The position numbers and the translations under genes are program-made. A stretch of DNA of 62,268 nucleotides, filler included, from Rhabdomonas costata (lineage: Eukaryota): NCBI GenBank assembly GCA_019059605.1. It is 26 parts of 26 records of this genome, joined end to end, with 100 filler letters (N's around TTAATTAATTAA, not from the genome) between each part and the next. Parts side by side here need not be neighbours in the genome. Positions count along the whole stretch, not along the records: positions 38,404 to 40,694 come from JAHMHO010004191.1; positions 40,795 to 43,093 come from JAHMHO010004192.1; positions 43,194 to 45,490 come from JAHMHO010004193.1; positions 45,591 to 47,889 come from JAHMHO010004194.1; positions 47,990 to 50,286 come from JAHMHO010004195.1; positions 50,387 to 52,684 come from JAHMHO010004196.1; 20 more parts are not named here. One strand, written 5' to 3'. The notes below the pieces were generated by a model. It was not told the DNA's origin and searched no databases. It was given only the letters and a program-made list of their open reading frames with translations. This document shows positions 38,654 through 50,923 of this stretch, piece after piece (the first letter of the stretch is position 1; each line of letters starts with the position of its first letter).

Positions 38654-40038
38654 GACCTTGAGCTGAACATTCGCTACGGTGCCCTTTTATTCAAAGGAAA
38701 GCAGGTTTGTGCTCGTGCTTTTGTGCAAGTGGTGTGCTTGAGATCAAAGTTCTTCAAGACTTCAAAACAAAAACAGAAAAAATACCGCAATATACAGCAC
38801 TCATGTTTCATGTTACTGTCGAAATTCTACCCTGAACCTTAACCTCAACTCCTCGCCGCTCCCGTCCCAGCCCTTTTTTCAGCCCATCTCTTTATCAGAG
38901 GTATGGCCTGGCAAAGATGACGAGGAAGGGAGGAAGGAAAAGAAAAAAAGAAAGGGAAAGGGAAGAAATGGGAAGGGAGGGAGAGGCGAGATTCTTCTGC
39001 AAAGAAGGTTTGCTGTCTAATGGATGAGAGGCATATCCCATTGCCCTTAACTTTCGTGTCATGTCGTAATCTTTTTTTTTAAACCTGAGAACGAAGAGCG
39101 ATGGGTGTCCATTCCATGGCTCGGACGACCTAATTTGTGAAGTGGGAAGTGCTCACTGATGCCACCTGTCAGAGGCTAACCGCGTTGTTCCTTTTATTTT
39201 CCGTGAGACAGGTGCGAAGGGTATACTTCTAGGGGTATTCTCCTTGCGGGCTCAGGAGCTGGCTGAACGAGAGGACTCCAACACCCCCCCGATTCTGGCA
39301 TACCACTGCTACGCGATGTACCTCCTGAGAGAGAGGCAGGACGTGCCTGGGGCGGAGCGGTTCTTCCAGAAGTGCTGTGACATCCCCGTGGGGGAGAGCA
39401 AGGTCCTGCCGCAGATGTACGCCCAGGTCTTTGACGCCGGCTGCACGTTTTTTTGTTTGCTCTTTCCTTGTGCCCGTAACGCCGCTTTGTTTTTTATTGG
39501 TGGGGAGGGGGCTTTTTTCCCTTCGAAAACGGAGCGGAGGTCACGCCAGTAGTGCACTTTCCACTAAGTGCATGGTATTTCTTAAGTTTCTTTCGTGGAA
39601 GACCAAGTCACGGGTTGAGCTGGTGCTGTGTACCTTTTAAGCCCCTATTCCTTTCGTCCATATAGTGAATATGGACCCGAGGTAGATAGCATACAGGCCG
39701 CTAGATTAATTTTGTTGGAACAACACCCCAGAAGTGTGAGGTAGTGTGTTTTGTAGCCCCGTGCTGGGTTTCGGAGGGTAGGGGTTGGTCATTGTGGGCA
39801 TTTGCAGATGGTGCTGAACTATGCGATCTTCTGCGCCCGAGAGACTGGCAACCTCGACCGGGCCCGGCAGGTGCTGGACTACGCCCTGCACTCCGTCCCA
39901 GACATTCCGAAGGAGGTTGTGGCCCAGGTGGAGGATCAATTGCGGCAGGGTGCGGAGCAGAGGCAGAGAGCCCTCCATGAGGCCCTGTCCTCGGTGATGG
40001 GCTCTGGAGGAGGCACTGAGCCGCCACCGAAGAGCTAG
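38654..40038 (+). CDS. TPR/HAT-repeat protein, 3' end
   Basis: Exons 38654-38704, 39256-39426, 39808-40038 give YAMYLLRERQDVPGAERFFQK and NYAIFCARETGNLDRARQVLDYAL; TAG stop. Confidence 0.72.
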
Positions 40039-40802
40039 GACTCATCGCCCACTCTCCAGATGCCCGGTCCTGCCTCGTTGACAAGTGGGCTGTGAGGGTG
40101 TGTACGTGATACTTCACTTGTACTGTTTTCAACACTTCAACGACGTTGTGCGGAGAGGTCTCTGATCTTGCGCTGGTCCCCAAGCCACTGCAACTGCTCC
40201 CAAGTCAAACAAAAGCGTCTGAAGCGTGTATCCTTCTCGTCGCTCCCTCTCGGTCGCTCCTTCCCTCTGCGTCGTTTCACCACCATAAGGTGCTTCCACT
40301 CCGCCCTCCAACCATGGTTCACTTCGCCACCCTAAGGTGCCTACGTTCACCCAACCACCACTCTCTCTACGCTTCCATGGTTCGTTCCACCGGCATAAGC
40401 CGCCTTCACTCACCCATAGAAGAGGTTGATGTTGCATGTCGGGCTCGGCGCCCTCCACTTCGCATCACTCCCTCTGTTGGGGCTGACTTCAGTGGGGCTT
40501 TGGCAACCACTACCACAGTGCTACTACGGTACATGTCCTCAAGAGGGCTTACAGAGGGCTGATACACCCTATGCCTCCTGACGGCATGTCCACAACAACC
40601 CCTCATAGTGGCATCGACACAACATCCACACGTTGGGCTTATCGGGTTGTTACACCGTTGCCTCTGTGGGACATCATGCCAACACCACCACCCCNNNNNN
40701 NNNNNNNNNNNNNNNNNNNNNNNNNNNNNNNNNNNNNNTTAATTAATTAANNNNNNNNNNNNNNNNNNNNNNNNNNNNNNNNNNNNNNNNNNNNTGTTGG
40801 TT

Positions 40803-40916
40803 TTAAAAATGTCAGTTCTTTCCGTCCACCCAAATTTCCTGGTTCATTTTGACGTTCACGTTGGGCCTTTTGCCCTCCACGAAATTTGGGTGGACGGAAA
40901 GAACTGACATTTTTAA
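40803..40916. repeat. Perfect 36-bp inverted repeat at a contig start; probable fold-back chimera
   Basis: 40803-40838 is the reverse complement of 40881-40916. Confidence 0.88.
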
Positions 40917-41260
40917 TACCATAGCAACAGAAGAGGCACAATGGGCTGGGGCACGTGTGATCTGATGTGATATGAAGGCCCTGCTTCGGCAACCGCATTC
41001 GTGACTGTTGCATTAATCTCGAGTCTGCGCTTTTCTAACTGACAAGGGGCAAAGGTGTGCTGCAAAGCAAAGGCAAGGCAAGGAGATGCGCACTTGAGCA
41101 ACACAAAGACAATCAAGAGACGCAAACCACACAGGCGAAAAAAAGGAAGGAAGAAGGAAGGGCAGAGGGAAACCTAGACGGGAACATGGAAAAAAGGGGA
41201 GGGCAGGAATATTTATTGAAGGGGCAAAACCCGCCTGCGATGCCATGTTGCAGCCCACAC

Positions 41261-42896
41261 CTCAGGCAGCAGCACCAGCTGAACCACGCCAACCTCCAGA
41301 TAGCTCCACACGTACTGCAGCAGGTTGTGGCCTTCCCACACTGTGGCAAGCCCGACGTCAATCTGCACATGGAAGAGAAGAGTTAACATAATGCAGCAAA
41401 ACCACCATTAGGGAAGTTAAGGGTAAGGCTGTTGGAAAACTATGCTCCATTCCCAAATGGGCCGCAGAGCCCACCACCTCTCCCGTGTAGCTCTTCCTTG
41501 GGTCCAAAAAGATGAAACACAAGGCTTTCAACAATGCGTCTTTTTTTTTTAAAGAACCTACCCCCAACAACAATTGTCCAATTTTGCCTTTTCCCCCCAG
41601 GAATTTTGTTTGGAGGCGTTTGTGAGACTTTTGTCGCAGATATGCCGACATAAGCAGATGACCAGGGCACGAGTCTGCTCGTGTTTTCTTTTGTGCGGTG
41701 TCCCGGGGGACAGAATGTATAATATAGAGAAAAGGGCAGCAGGTGCGCACTCACCTGGAGTGAATTATTATTCGAAACTTTCGAAACTTTTTTGAAAATC
41801 ACTTTTTTCGAGTTTTGTTTTCCGGAAGTATACAAGCGGGAATTGAACCTCCCCTTGCCCTGCTCAGCCCCCGAGATTGATTTTCTTTTGAATAGCTCGC
41901 TTTGGTTGTCACACATTTACCACTGCGAGCTGGATCTAAAGAAAAAGCAGTTCATAGCAAACCAGCAAGTTCAATCCACTCATGGAACGTTGACCGATCG
42001 GCGGGTTGCGGGACAGCATCTTCACCTTTTTTGGCACTCTGCGAGGTTTCTGGTCGTGTAACGTCACGATAAGGTGTGACGAGGGATTTATTGGGCCGCG
42101 TCAGCCAGATTTTCTTTCAGCATTGGAGCAGGGGCGCAGTCCCAAAAGAGTACTTTTTACAAAATAGTTGAAAAGGAAAGAAGGATGCAGAACAGAATCA
42201 TTAATTGACGCTACACATGGACGTTAGAAAGTTCCCGTTGAGAAGCGATCGGTCCTTCTGGCGCCATTTACGACAGTACCGTCTTTTCACTACTCGACGA
42301 GGCTCGGAAGCAATTTTTTTTTGCTGAGTGTTGTTATCGTATGGTGCACTGGGGGAAAGCGTGTTAGCCGTGTCCCCCTCCGCCAGCCCGCAAATTTTTT
42401 CCGAGGGGTTGACTGTGTGTATTCGCACAGTGACCGTTGTTCCCGCGACTACTGATGAGCGGTGAATGCAGTGAGCCGTTTCCCCAGGTGATTTTGCTTC
42501 TCTGTGCTCTGGTTCGAGTGATTGTCCTCTTTGCACCAGCTATCCCTGGTTCCCCCTTGTGGTTCTGTCGGTCGGTTTTTTCCAACGAATGCATTTCCAA
42601 TTTAAAACTCTACATAGTGCCCATTGCTTTGTTTCATCGTTTGCACTGGTTTGCCGTACTATATTTTTTTTCGCGATTTGTTTATCCCCTTCTGATCTTT
42701 ATTGTGTTCTTCTCCTGCTTCACAGACACTTCAAGTACTGATGTGCCAAAAAGTCGATAGATCTAAGATATGAAATCTTTGAGTGATGCAAAAAAGGGGC
42801 GAACACCTCGCCAGAAAAGGCCGGTACTACGGAGAAGTAGTGCCGGTCATCGAGGTCCATGCAGTTGGCGCAGAGCAAAATCTGGCGAGTGGTCGA
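41261..42896 (-). CDS. Hypothetical spliced protein fragment
   Basis: Phase-0 exons 42896-42807 (STTRQILLCANCMDLDDRHYFSVVPAFSGE) and 41362-41261 (IDVGLATVWEGHNLLQYVWSYLEVGVVQLVLLPE) with AG/GT borders. Confidence 0.45.
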
Positions 42897-43219
42897 CTGC
42901 AGACAAAGCGCAGCAATGCACCACCTCCTGAGGAGCTTCCTCGTTCCCAGCGCGCTTCAAAGGCCACAGGATAAGAATGAAAAATCGGAAATTCCATTAC
43001 GTTACGTTGAAGCGCGCTAAGGGTTTAACTCAACGGGGCGTGCCTTCCCCAGTCACTCGCTGTCAACACACAGCTCATGATTTCCAACACAAANNNNNNN
43101 NNNNNNNNNNNNNNNNNNNNNNNNNNNNNNNNNNNNNTTAATTAATTAANNNNNNNNNNNNNNNNNNNNNNNNNNNNNNNNNNNNNNNNNNNNTTTGTGC
43201 GGGCTGGAACTCCTCCCAG

Positions 43220-45242
43220 GCTTCACTGCGGATCGCCCTGAGCCCGCCCCCACAAGGGGGAAGGTTTCCTTGCCCCACCGCACGCGGCTCTCCTCTCCTT
43301 GTTGGTCTGCAATCTCCTTTCGGCTTCCGGACACCATTCTCTATTTTGACTTTTTCCCGAAGCCAGTAGGGTTACACGACGTGCTCGTACCTTCCTTGCG
43401 GAGTGGTCAGGCATCCCATCCGCTTCGCTTGGTGTGCCTCTCAGACCTTGTTGTCCCCAACTCGAGAGACGGTTGGTGGGTCCAGGGATGTTGACCTTTG
43501 GAGTGAACCAAGTTTTAGGGGAGACGCAGTGATCGATGATTGGCTTCTCTTGACTTCCTGCTCTATTTGATGGCTCGGGTGTGGCCTGTTTTCCCCATTT
43601 TGCGTCTTAGCTTTATGGCGGCTGTGACGTGGCAGGCGGAGCAGCCCGTGCTCTCTCTTCGCACGATGGGCTGGGTGGATGCAGTCCCCGGGCCACTTCG
43701 GTTCCTCCCCGTACCTCCCACTCCCCTCATTCATCCTCTTCCAGCCCTCTTCACAGGCAAATGCAGAGGCTTTCTCATTCCACCCGTTTCGCCACTTAAG
43801 CAGGCGCGTTTTGCATCACCTGGCGAATGCAAAGGTCCCGCTTCATCTTCTGCTCTCAGCGCAAAGGACGATAAACCCTCCAAATTGGATTGATTACACG
43901 GGTTGGATGACGTGTCACCGGCGGGGAAGGCACCATTCAAGTGATCATGTAGAAGTACAGCTCCAATTGCAAGTCTTTGTACCACGGTCGATTTGCAGCA
44001 TATATTCTGTGCAACATCTGAATTGGTGGGGAAAAGATCGCTTTCGTATCATCATATCTTCACCTCGTACCATAGGTTTCTCTTCTCGTACTACCTGCTC
44101 GAGAGCATTGAGATCCCCTTCGCCACGTTTCCAGGTTTACACACATGCTGCACCCAACTGCTCTGCAGAGGTCCAAGAGTGTTCTTTGGTCGCTACCATG
44201 AGACTTCCCAGCCAAATTTGCCAGGCGTGGCTTTTGTGGTTTGACAAGGTTAGCTGCGTGAACGTTCGTTTATATGGGACTAATGCCCGGGGCCCGGGGC
44301 GGCATGGTTGGCAGCATTTGAATCAAATTGGGGTCAGGAAGCCGAAGATTCACTGGCCACTAGTTGAAGCACGCGTGGTTCCCTCCGAAGGCATGAGCAG
44401 AGCTTTGCGCATTTGCTCAAAGTGTGTGTGTGTGACTTCATGGGGTCAGGAGACTGAGTCTTGAGGGAGCATCTCTTTTTGACGCCCTGTGGGAGAGATC
44501 TCGAGTCCTCCCCAGACAGAATTCACCCTTGTCAAGTGCACAAAGCGTAACGTTATGTGCGCAGGGCTTTCCTCGCGACTGGAAGTGCCTTTCCCCAGAG
44601 TCCCCGAAGGGACTGCAGAGCTGCTCGTTGGGGTTTCCGCGGTGAGCAGCTGCGGGGCGGAGAGCCGCCTGTGGGCCCGAGTCCCGGTGCCTCCTCTTGC
44701 GCAGCGAACCAACACCACTATTGTCACCCCACCTGAGGCCAACGCCAACATAACAGCCGCTGCGACCCGGGATCTTCTGAACACCTCCACTTCTGTGCTG
44801 GAGCTGCTGCATGGGCTGGCCGAACTGTTCAGCGTGGGACTGCTTCTGCAGCTGAGCTCAGAACAGATTGGTGCCCTGCTACAGAAGATGCAGGTCCTGT
44901 GGGAATTGACAGTTGAGGGTTTTAAGCATCGCCTGAACAGTAACTTATGCTTCATTATCTCTTTTGCACTGAACTGTCTTGGCGCTCTGGGTTTGTGTAA
45001 CCAATCAATGATCAAGTATCAGCATTCCGAGCTTGTGTAGGCTTCGACTGCTCAGCAGGTGTTGTGATTCTCTCCGCAGGAGCTTCTATCCAGCGCCGCA
45101 TTTGTGGCTGTGGCGGGGGGCTCCCCATCCTCGGCGGCCTCTGCCGCAGGGGGGCTGTTGTCGCTGGGAAGCCTGGCCGTCTCGCAGCAGCCCACGGAGG
45201 ACTTGCAAGTGCTGCTGCTGCATCTTGCCGGAGGCCTACTGG
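43220..45242 (+). CDS. REJ-domain (polycystin-1/REJ-like) protein, internal fragment
   Basis: In-phase exons 43220-43263, 43611-43700, 44076-44134, 44565-44893, 45080-45242. They give PPQGGS..LRTMGWVD..GPLRFLFSY..LEVPFP..LLVGVSAVSSCGA, the C-terminal REJ pattern, followed by a helical region. Confidence 0.72.
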
Positions 45243-45761
45243 GTGCGCTATTCTCTCTGTTGGTCGGGCGAGCAGGGAGGAGGATTTCGATGCGGCTGTT
45301 TTTTCCCCACGCACAAGCGCCGAGCGCCGAGTGCGACGATCCCCATGGGGGGGGGGTTATTTTCGGGTTTGGCTGCACAATGAAAGCGTTTTTGTTGTTT
45401 GCAATACTGCGATGGCACTGAGGAAGGACGTTTCCCTCCTTAGGGGGCATTGCCAAGGCATGTCGTCTTTCTATTGAACCCAACAACCCCNNNNNNNNNN
45501 NNNNNNNNNNNNNNNNNNNNNNNNNNNNNNNNNNTTAATTAATTAANNNNNNNNNNNNNNNNNNNNNNNNNNNNNNNNNNNNNNNNNNNNTTGTGTGGGG
45601 ACAGCATTCATTTCGGGGGCAAAAGCCAACATATGCGGCCGAAGCGGGCGGCTGGGGTGGGAACCTGGCCTGGGGGACCTGGAACGACTTTTTAATGCGT
45701 GATCCGATGGGAAAGTCATTACCTCCAAGCTCAGGCAGGCCGGTCGCCTTTCTCTTTGCAG

Positions 45762-47889
45762 CGGCGTTCACGGAGGAGTACGTTCAGCGGCGGCTGGGGA
45801 GGCCTGTGATGCAGGAGTGCGAAAGCAACCTCCGGCGGGCCCCGTTAGAGTCCCTTGGAGCGGTGGTGCTGGCGGACTTCCGGCGGGCCCAACAGCGCAA
45901 GCCGGTGCTGCCCTCTGGGGAGCCGATCCGGGGCCCCAACCCGGCGGAGCAGTTCGCCAGCACTTTGGAATTGCTCGAGTACATGCACTCGACCCAAGAT
46001 TTTGCCCTGCTAAGTATGGAGGTGGACGGATGGTGCTCTGCTTGGCCGATCCCAGCTTGCATATAGAATTTTCGGTCGCTTTTTTTAGCATTGTGAAATG
46101 AAATGAGGTTTTAAAATACATGGAATAAGTCGGCTGAAAATTTTTTTATGGAGAACACGGGACAATTGTATTGGGGGGAGGGGGCGTTAAACGTGTTCCT
46201 TCCTTTACGCCCTTAAACGTTTTGGACCTTTTTGGATCGATTGGGACACCATCAATTTAGGGGCGGTCGCCAACCGCGGCGGCGGGTGGAGCGGATGCAT
46301 CAGGCGGGGACGTGCCATGGGATCGTAGAAAAATTTGATTTTGGTGTTCAACGGTGTTAAACGTTCAGCGCCCCCGCCTCGAAAATGCCAATTGGGCTCA
46401 CCCAGAAAGTGAAAATACATGCAAATTCTCGGCTTGCATACTAATCAGGCAAGCAAAGGGTAGAGCCCAGGAGAAATACCTCATGCTCGCGCCGGAGTGG
46501 GCCGAATGCATGTGTTTCCAGCCGCCCTGGAGGCTATTTAAGGTGTTTTTGGGAGATTTTGAACCCTTTTCATACTTTAAGCCCTAAACAGTTCCGCACC
46601 GTTTCCACCATATAGCCCGTTCCCCAACCGCTCAAGTATGTACACCACTCCCGTCGGTTCTTTTCGTGGTTTCTGTGACAGGCCAATAACTTGTCCGATG
46701 CGAATGAAGCCATAGCTCCTGGGTTTCACCCTTCACTTCCGATATGGGCTCTGGCAAAAGTTTTTTTCACCCTGTTTTCACGCCGTTGGTCTCAAAATTG
46801 TTGTGCGTGTGGAGATAAGATCTTTTAATCCTAAAAGTCGGTTTCTGGGGGCCGGTAGAACAGTTAACCTAACCCCCTTTCGCTAAAATAACATCATCTA
46901 CATCTATAGTACAGGGACCGTTAATATAACCCCCGTGCTCGTCACCACTACACACGCTACAAACTCAGGACACATGTTTTTCAGTCTCAGTAACATTAAA
47001 CGTTTGCAACGTGTCCCCTGCATGCAGGACTTCAATTGGAAATTCGTAACATTACTGAATTCTGAGTTTCGGGATGCAAACTACCTTATCATATCTGCAG
47101 AGAAGGTGGCCCCGTCGGCCTTCCCCGAACGCACGCTGCCCGTCTCCACCACCCTCTCTGCCGACGAAGTCCTCGCCTTGACCCACCTCGCCACGCTGTC
47201 CGGGCGGAGGGTGCACTCCGTCTCCCCCACTTCCCTCACCCAGGGCTTGTCCAACTCCCGCAACCTGGGCACCAGCCAACCGTCACCAGGCAAGGCAACA
47301 ACGTCACCAAGCCAGGTTGAGGGGCCCCCAGCGTTTGCATGACTGTGGGTGCGTAGTAGTGCGCACTGTCTGCGGTGTGTACCTGGGGGTTGTCTGCAAA
47401 CAACTCCCAGCATGACGCCCGATGCCATTGCGGACCTTTTGCAGACTCCGCTGCTTGCCGTGGCCCCACTTCAGGGGAGAGCGTGGTTCCTTCTCCCTTG
47501 GAAAAAATTTGCAGAAAAACGCAAAATGAAAAAAGGCGATCAAAAGGTCTGCGGCCCTGCGCTCATCACGTCTTGCGTTTTCATCCTCCTGAGTGGTTGT
47601 GACCTTGGGCTCGGATCCCCGACAAATTTGACTGGTTTCGATTACAATTTTGATCGATCCAAAATAAGTTGCAATGCACAGAGCTTGATTCGCACGCATC
47701 ATCTACGTAGGCTCACGCTAGGGTGTGCAGCCATGTCCTGCATCTCTCACCACCACCACAATATATTCTTCTTCCAGGGTGCTGCTGAGGAAAAGCCAGA
47801 AAAGCCGGAGCCGGAGCTGGTTCTTGAGGGCCTGCAGGACCACTCCTTGCTGGTCTATGGTGGTGTACTTGCCCTGGCGGTGGGGCTCG
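45762..47889 (+). CDS. Hypothetical spliced protein fragment
   Basis: Three GC-rich exons (from 45762, ~47101-47210, from 47778) with AG/GT borders; no family recognised. Confidence 0.45.
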
Positions 47890-48135
47890 NNNNNNNNNNN
47901 NNNNNNNNNNNNNNNNNNNNNNNNNNNNNNNNNTTAATTAATTAANNNNNNNNNNNNNNNNNNNNNNNNNNNNNNNNNNNNNNNNNNNNGTTGGTTTGTA
48001 CTCTGTGCGTGAACTCTCCTAGTCACGGGTAACTGACTTCCGACAGGGATCGGAGCCAGAGCTGGATAACCTGAGCTGGACTAGTCGGTTGGGGCCCATT
48101 CCTGACGGGATGGCAGCACTCCTGAGATGATTTTG

Positions 48136-48173
48136 CTGGCAGCCGTGAAGCGCGTCAGGTTCACGGCTGCCAG
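48136..48173. repeat. Perfect 14-bp GC-rich stem-loop
   Basis: ctggcagccgtgaa, a 10-nt loop, then ttcacggctgccag. Confidence 0.8.
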
Positions 48174-49354
48174 TGGAGTGGGCTTAAAGTCATTAGTTGT
48201 AGGTACCTCTGAGATACCTTTCCGGTCTTCTGTTTTGCTGACGTGGAATCAGATGAATTTATTTATTGCTAGTGAAGAACGGAAGCACACCCCATCCTGC
48301 GAGCAGCTGATTCGCGTTCTTTGAGTGTGTGCGTGCGGATTGGCCAGCCGTGAAGTTCAGTACGTCGACGGGCTCAGCGGGGAAGCTCTCGTGGAGGTTC
48401 TGGTTACCCCAGAAGGCAGCCCAGCTGCCAACTACGGCTTCGATGTGACTCCGAGGCGGCTCGTGACGGGTTAGCTTCTCCCGCGCACATGTTTTGTCTT
48501 TTCCGATTTGCTGCAGTGCTTCTTTGCTTTCTTCTTTTCTTGGTTCTTTCGCAAAAGTAGATGGGATATCTTGCCTTTATTGGCAACCTCCACTAATCGG
48601 ATCCATCTGTCTTTCGTCAAAGGGTGATGGATAAGTTGTGCCAGCTATTTTTTGCGGTCACTGTAATTTTTCTATCCGCTTGTTTTATGGATTCCCAGGG
48701 CTCATTACAGAGCGAGGTGTATGCGAGGCTTCAGAGGAAAGCATTCTGGCACTTTTTCCCGAGAGGCGTTCTCCATCTCACCAATGATGACGGGTGATAG
48801 CTGATCCCCGCTGAAGTTGGGCGCTGGCCGCACTACTTTTCTTCCAGTAATGAGTTTGAATTTCTTTCCTCAGCCAAGTGATACATACACTGTGAACCTC
48901 AGTGCAGAGCATTTGGCTTGATGTTTTGGATGTTTTGTGGGTTGTCGCGAGTCGTAGTCTTAGGGGCTGCTTCCTCTGCTATCAGCGGCAGTGTGATCCC
49001 GAAAGTCATGCTTGTCTGAGGGAAGCATGATAGATTCCTGGGGGGCTTGAGAATAGTGATTGTGCCGCCGTGGCTTTCCTTTTCGTTTCTCATCTTGACA
49101 CCTCAGGCGCTATATACGTGATCAGTTGCATTTGAACGGGTGGAACTTTGGGCACCTTGCTACGAACATGAAAGAGTTGAGGTGGCAAACCCGTCGTGTC
49201 TAGAGTTTTTCTTTGTCGTTCTGCTCAGGGTTTCGGTTAGGAATCTTTGCTGCGAGACTGTAACCCTGCTCTCTGTGTTGAATTCCATTTTTTCATTTGC
49301 TGTTTCTTTTATTGTAATGGGGCTTCTTTTTTGAAAGGCGATTGTTTTAAACTG

Positions 49355-50286
49355 ATGCCCACGCTTTCGGAGGACACCTTAGTTCACACCTTTTGGTTCA
49401 TTGGACGCGAGTCCCAGCTGGGTCTGCGGCTGGTGTGCCGGCATTTTCGGGCGCTCGTTGATGGGGTCCTCGCCCCGCAGTGGAAGGTTGCGCTCCGCCG
49501 GCCCAAGACCCTTGAGCGTCCCCTGGAATTCAAAGACATCCGGCTAGGCTGCTGCGCTGCTGAGATTCGCGTCTATGGAAAGGAGCTTGTGGGGCACTTA
49601 CTCCAATATGGTGCTGAAGAAATTGCAAAATCCACCTTGCCCTTTTTCCCCAACCTCACATGCCTGGATTTGTGCGGCAATGGGTTTGGGGATACAGGAT
49701 TGCAATCACTTTCGGGGTCGACTCTCTTCCCGAGCCTCACGTCCTTGAACGTGAGGGCGAACAATGTTGGATCTGTAGGAACGCAAGCCCTTGCCGCCTC
49801 AGCTTTTTTCCCGAAACTTGAGTCTTTGATTTTAAAATACAATCAGGTGGACGATGCCGGAATGCAAGCGCTTTCAGCTTCATCTTTCTTTCCCAACCTC
49901 ATGTCTCTGGATATTGGCAGCAACAACATCGGAGCCGCAGGAATTCAGGCGCTTGCACGCTCATCGTTCTTTCCCAACCTCATGTCCTTGGATGTGGCGA
50001 GCAATCGGATTGAAGATGCAGGAATGCAAGCTCTTGCGGGGTCCACTTGCTTTCCCAACCTCACGTCCTTGAACGTGTTCGAAGGTGGAATCGGTGCTGC
50101 GGGAATACAAGCTTTTGCTGCTTCGATTTTCTGTATTTCCAAGAACCAGGTTGGCGATGTAGGAATTGAAGCTCTGGCGGCTTCACCGCTGTACTCCCAA
50201 CTTGCATCGTTGAATGTGAGTGCCAATGAAATCGGGAACGCAGGACTTCAAAGATTTTCAGCTTCGCCTTTCTTCCACACAACACA
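49355..50286 (+). CDS. F-box + leucine-rich-repeat protein (27-aa RI-like LRRs), intronless, 3'-truncated
   Basis: F-box-like N-terminus MPTLSEDTLVHTFWFI..LRLVCRHFRALV, then eight LRRs of consensus FFPNLxSLDVxxNxIGxAGxQALAxSx. Confidence 0.88.
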
Positions 50287-50923
50287 NNNNNNNNNNNNNN
50301 NNNNNNNNNNNNNNNNNNNNNNNNNNNNNNTTAATTAATTAANNNNNNNNNNNNNNNNNNNNNNNNNNNNNNNNNNNNNNNNNNNNTGTGGTGGGTGTGT
50401 GTGGGGTTTTTGTGCTGCTGGACTGGGCCAGGGACCCCTCTGTGGTGGTGCGCATTGTCTTTTTATGGGGACAGGGAGTTTTTTGGGAGCCGAGGGGGCC
50501 TCAGATGCACGATTGCGTGTGCCGTGAACTCCGGGGACGAGCATCCTGAATGGAGGTGTAGGTACTAGGCTGGGTACTGCGCTCTTGGTATCTGATCTGG
50601 CTAGGTACTGGGGAATCTCATCAAATATTGATTGTGTCGTTGCGCTCACCGCTGGAATAATTTGCGTTCAGTCCTGAGTCTATCTTAGTTCTATCTTAAA
50701 ACCAACACTCATAAAAACGCAGAGAAAAGAGGCAAAAGGCGGAGCCAAAACTAGGACCTCTGGCTTACTTCTTGAAATTGTTATAAGTCCTTTCGTTGAA
50801 AGGGATGTCTGCCCCTCTTTCGAGAGCTGTCTTGCCTAACGATTTTGCGGTTAATCCCCTCCCTCGGTATAGCCACTACCAACATCAGCTCCTCTTTTTC
50901 TTTGACTGTTGGGGTCTTTCCAG

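Noticed and set aside
24051..50286. Treating the REase, methyltransferase-like, F-box/LRR and BTB genes as one defence island or restriction-modification system
   Set aside because: They lie on different contigs joined artificially, so adjacency in this window carries no information.
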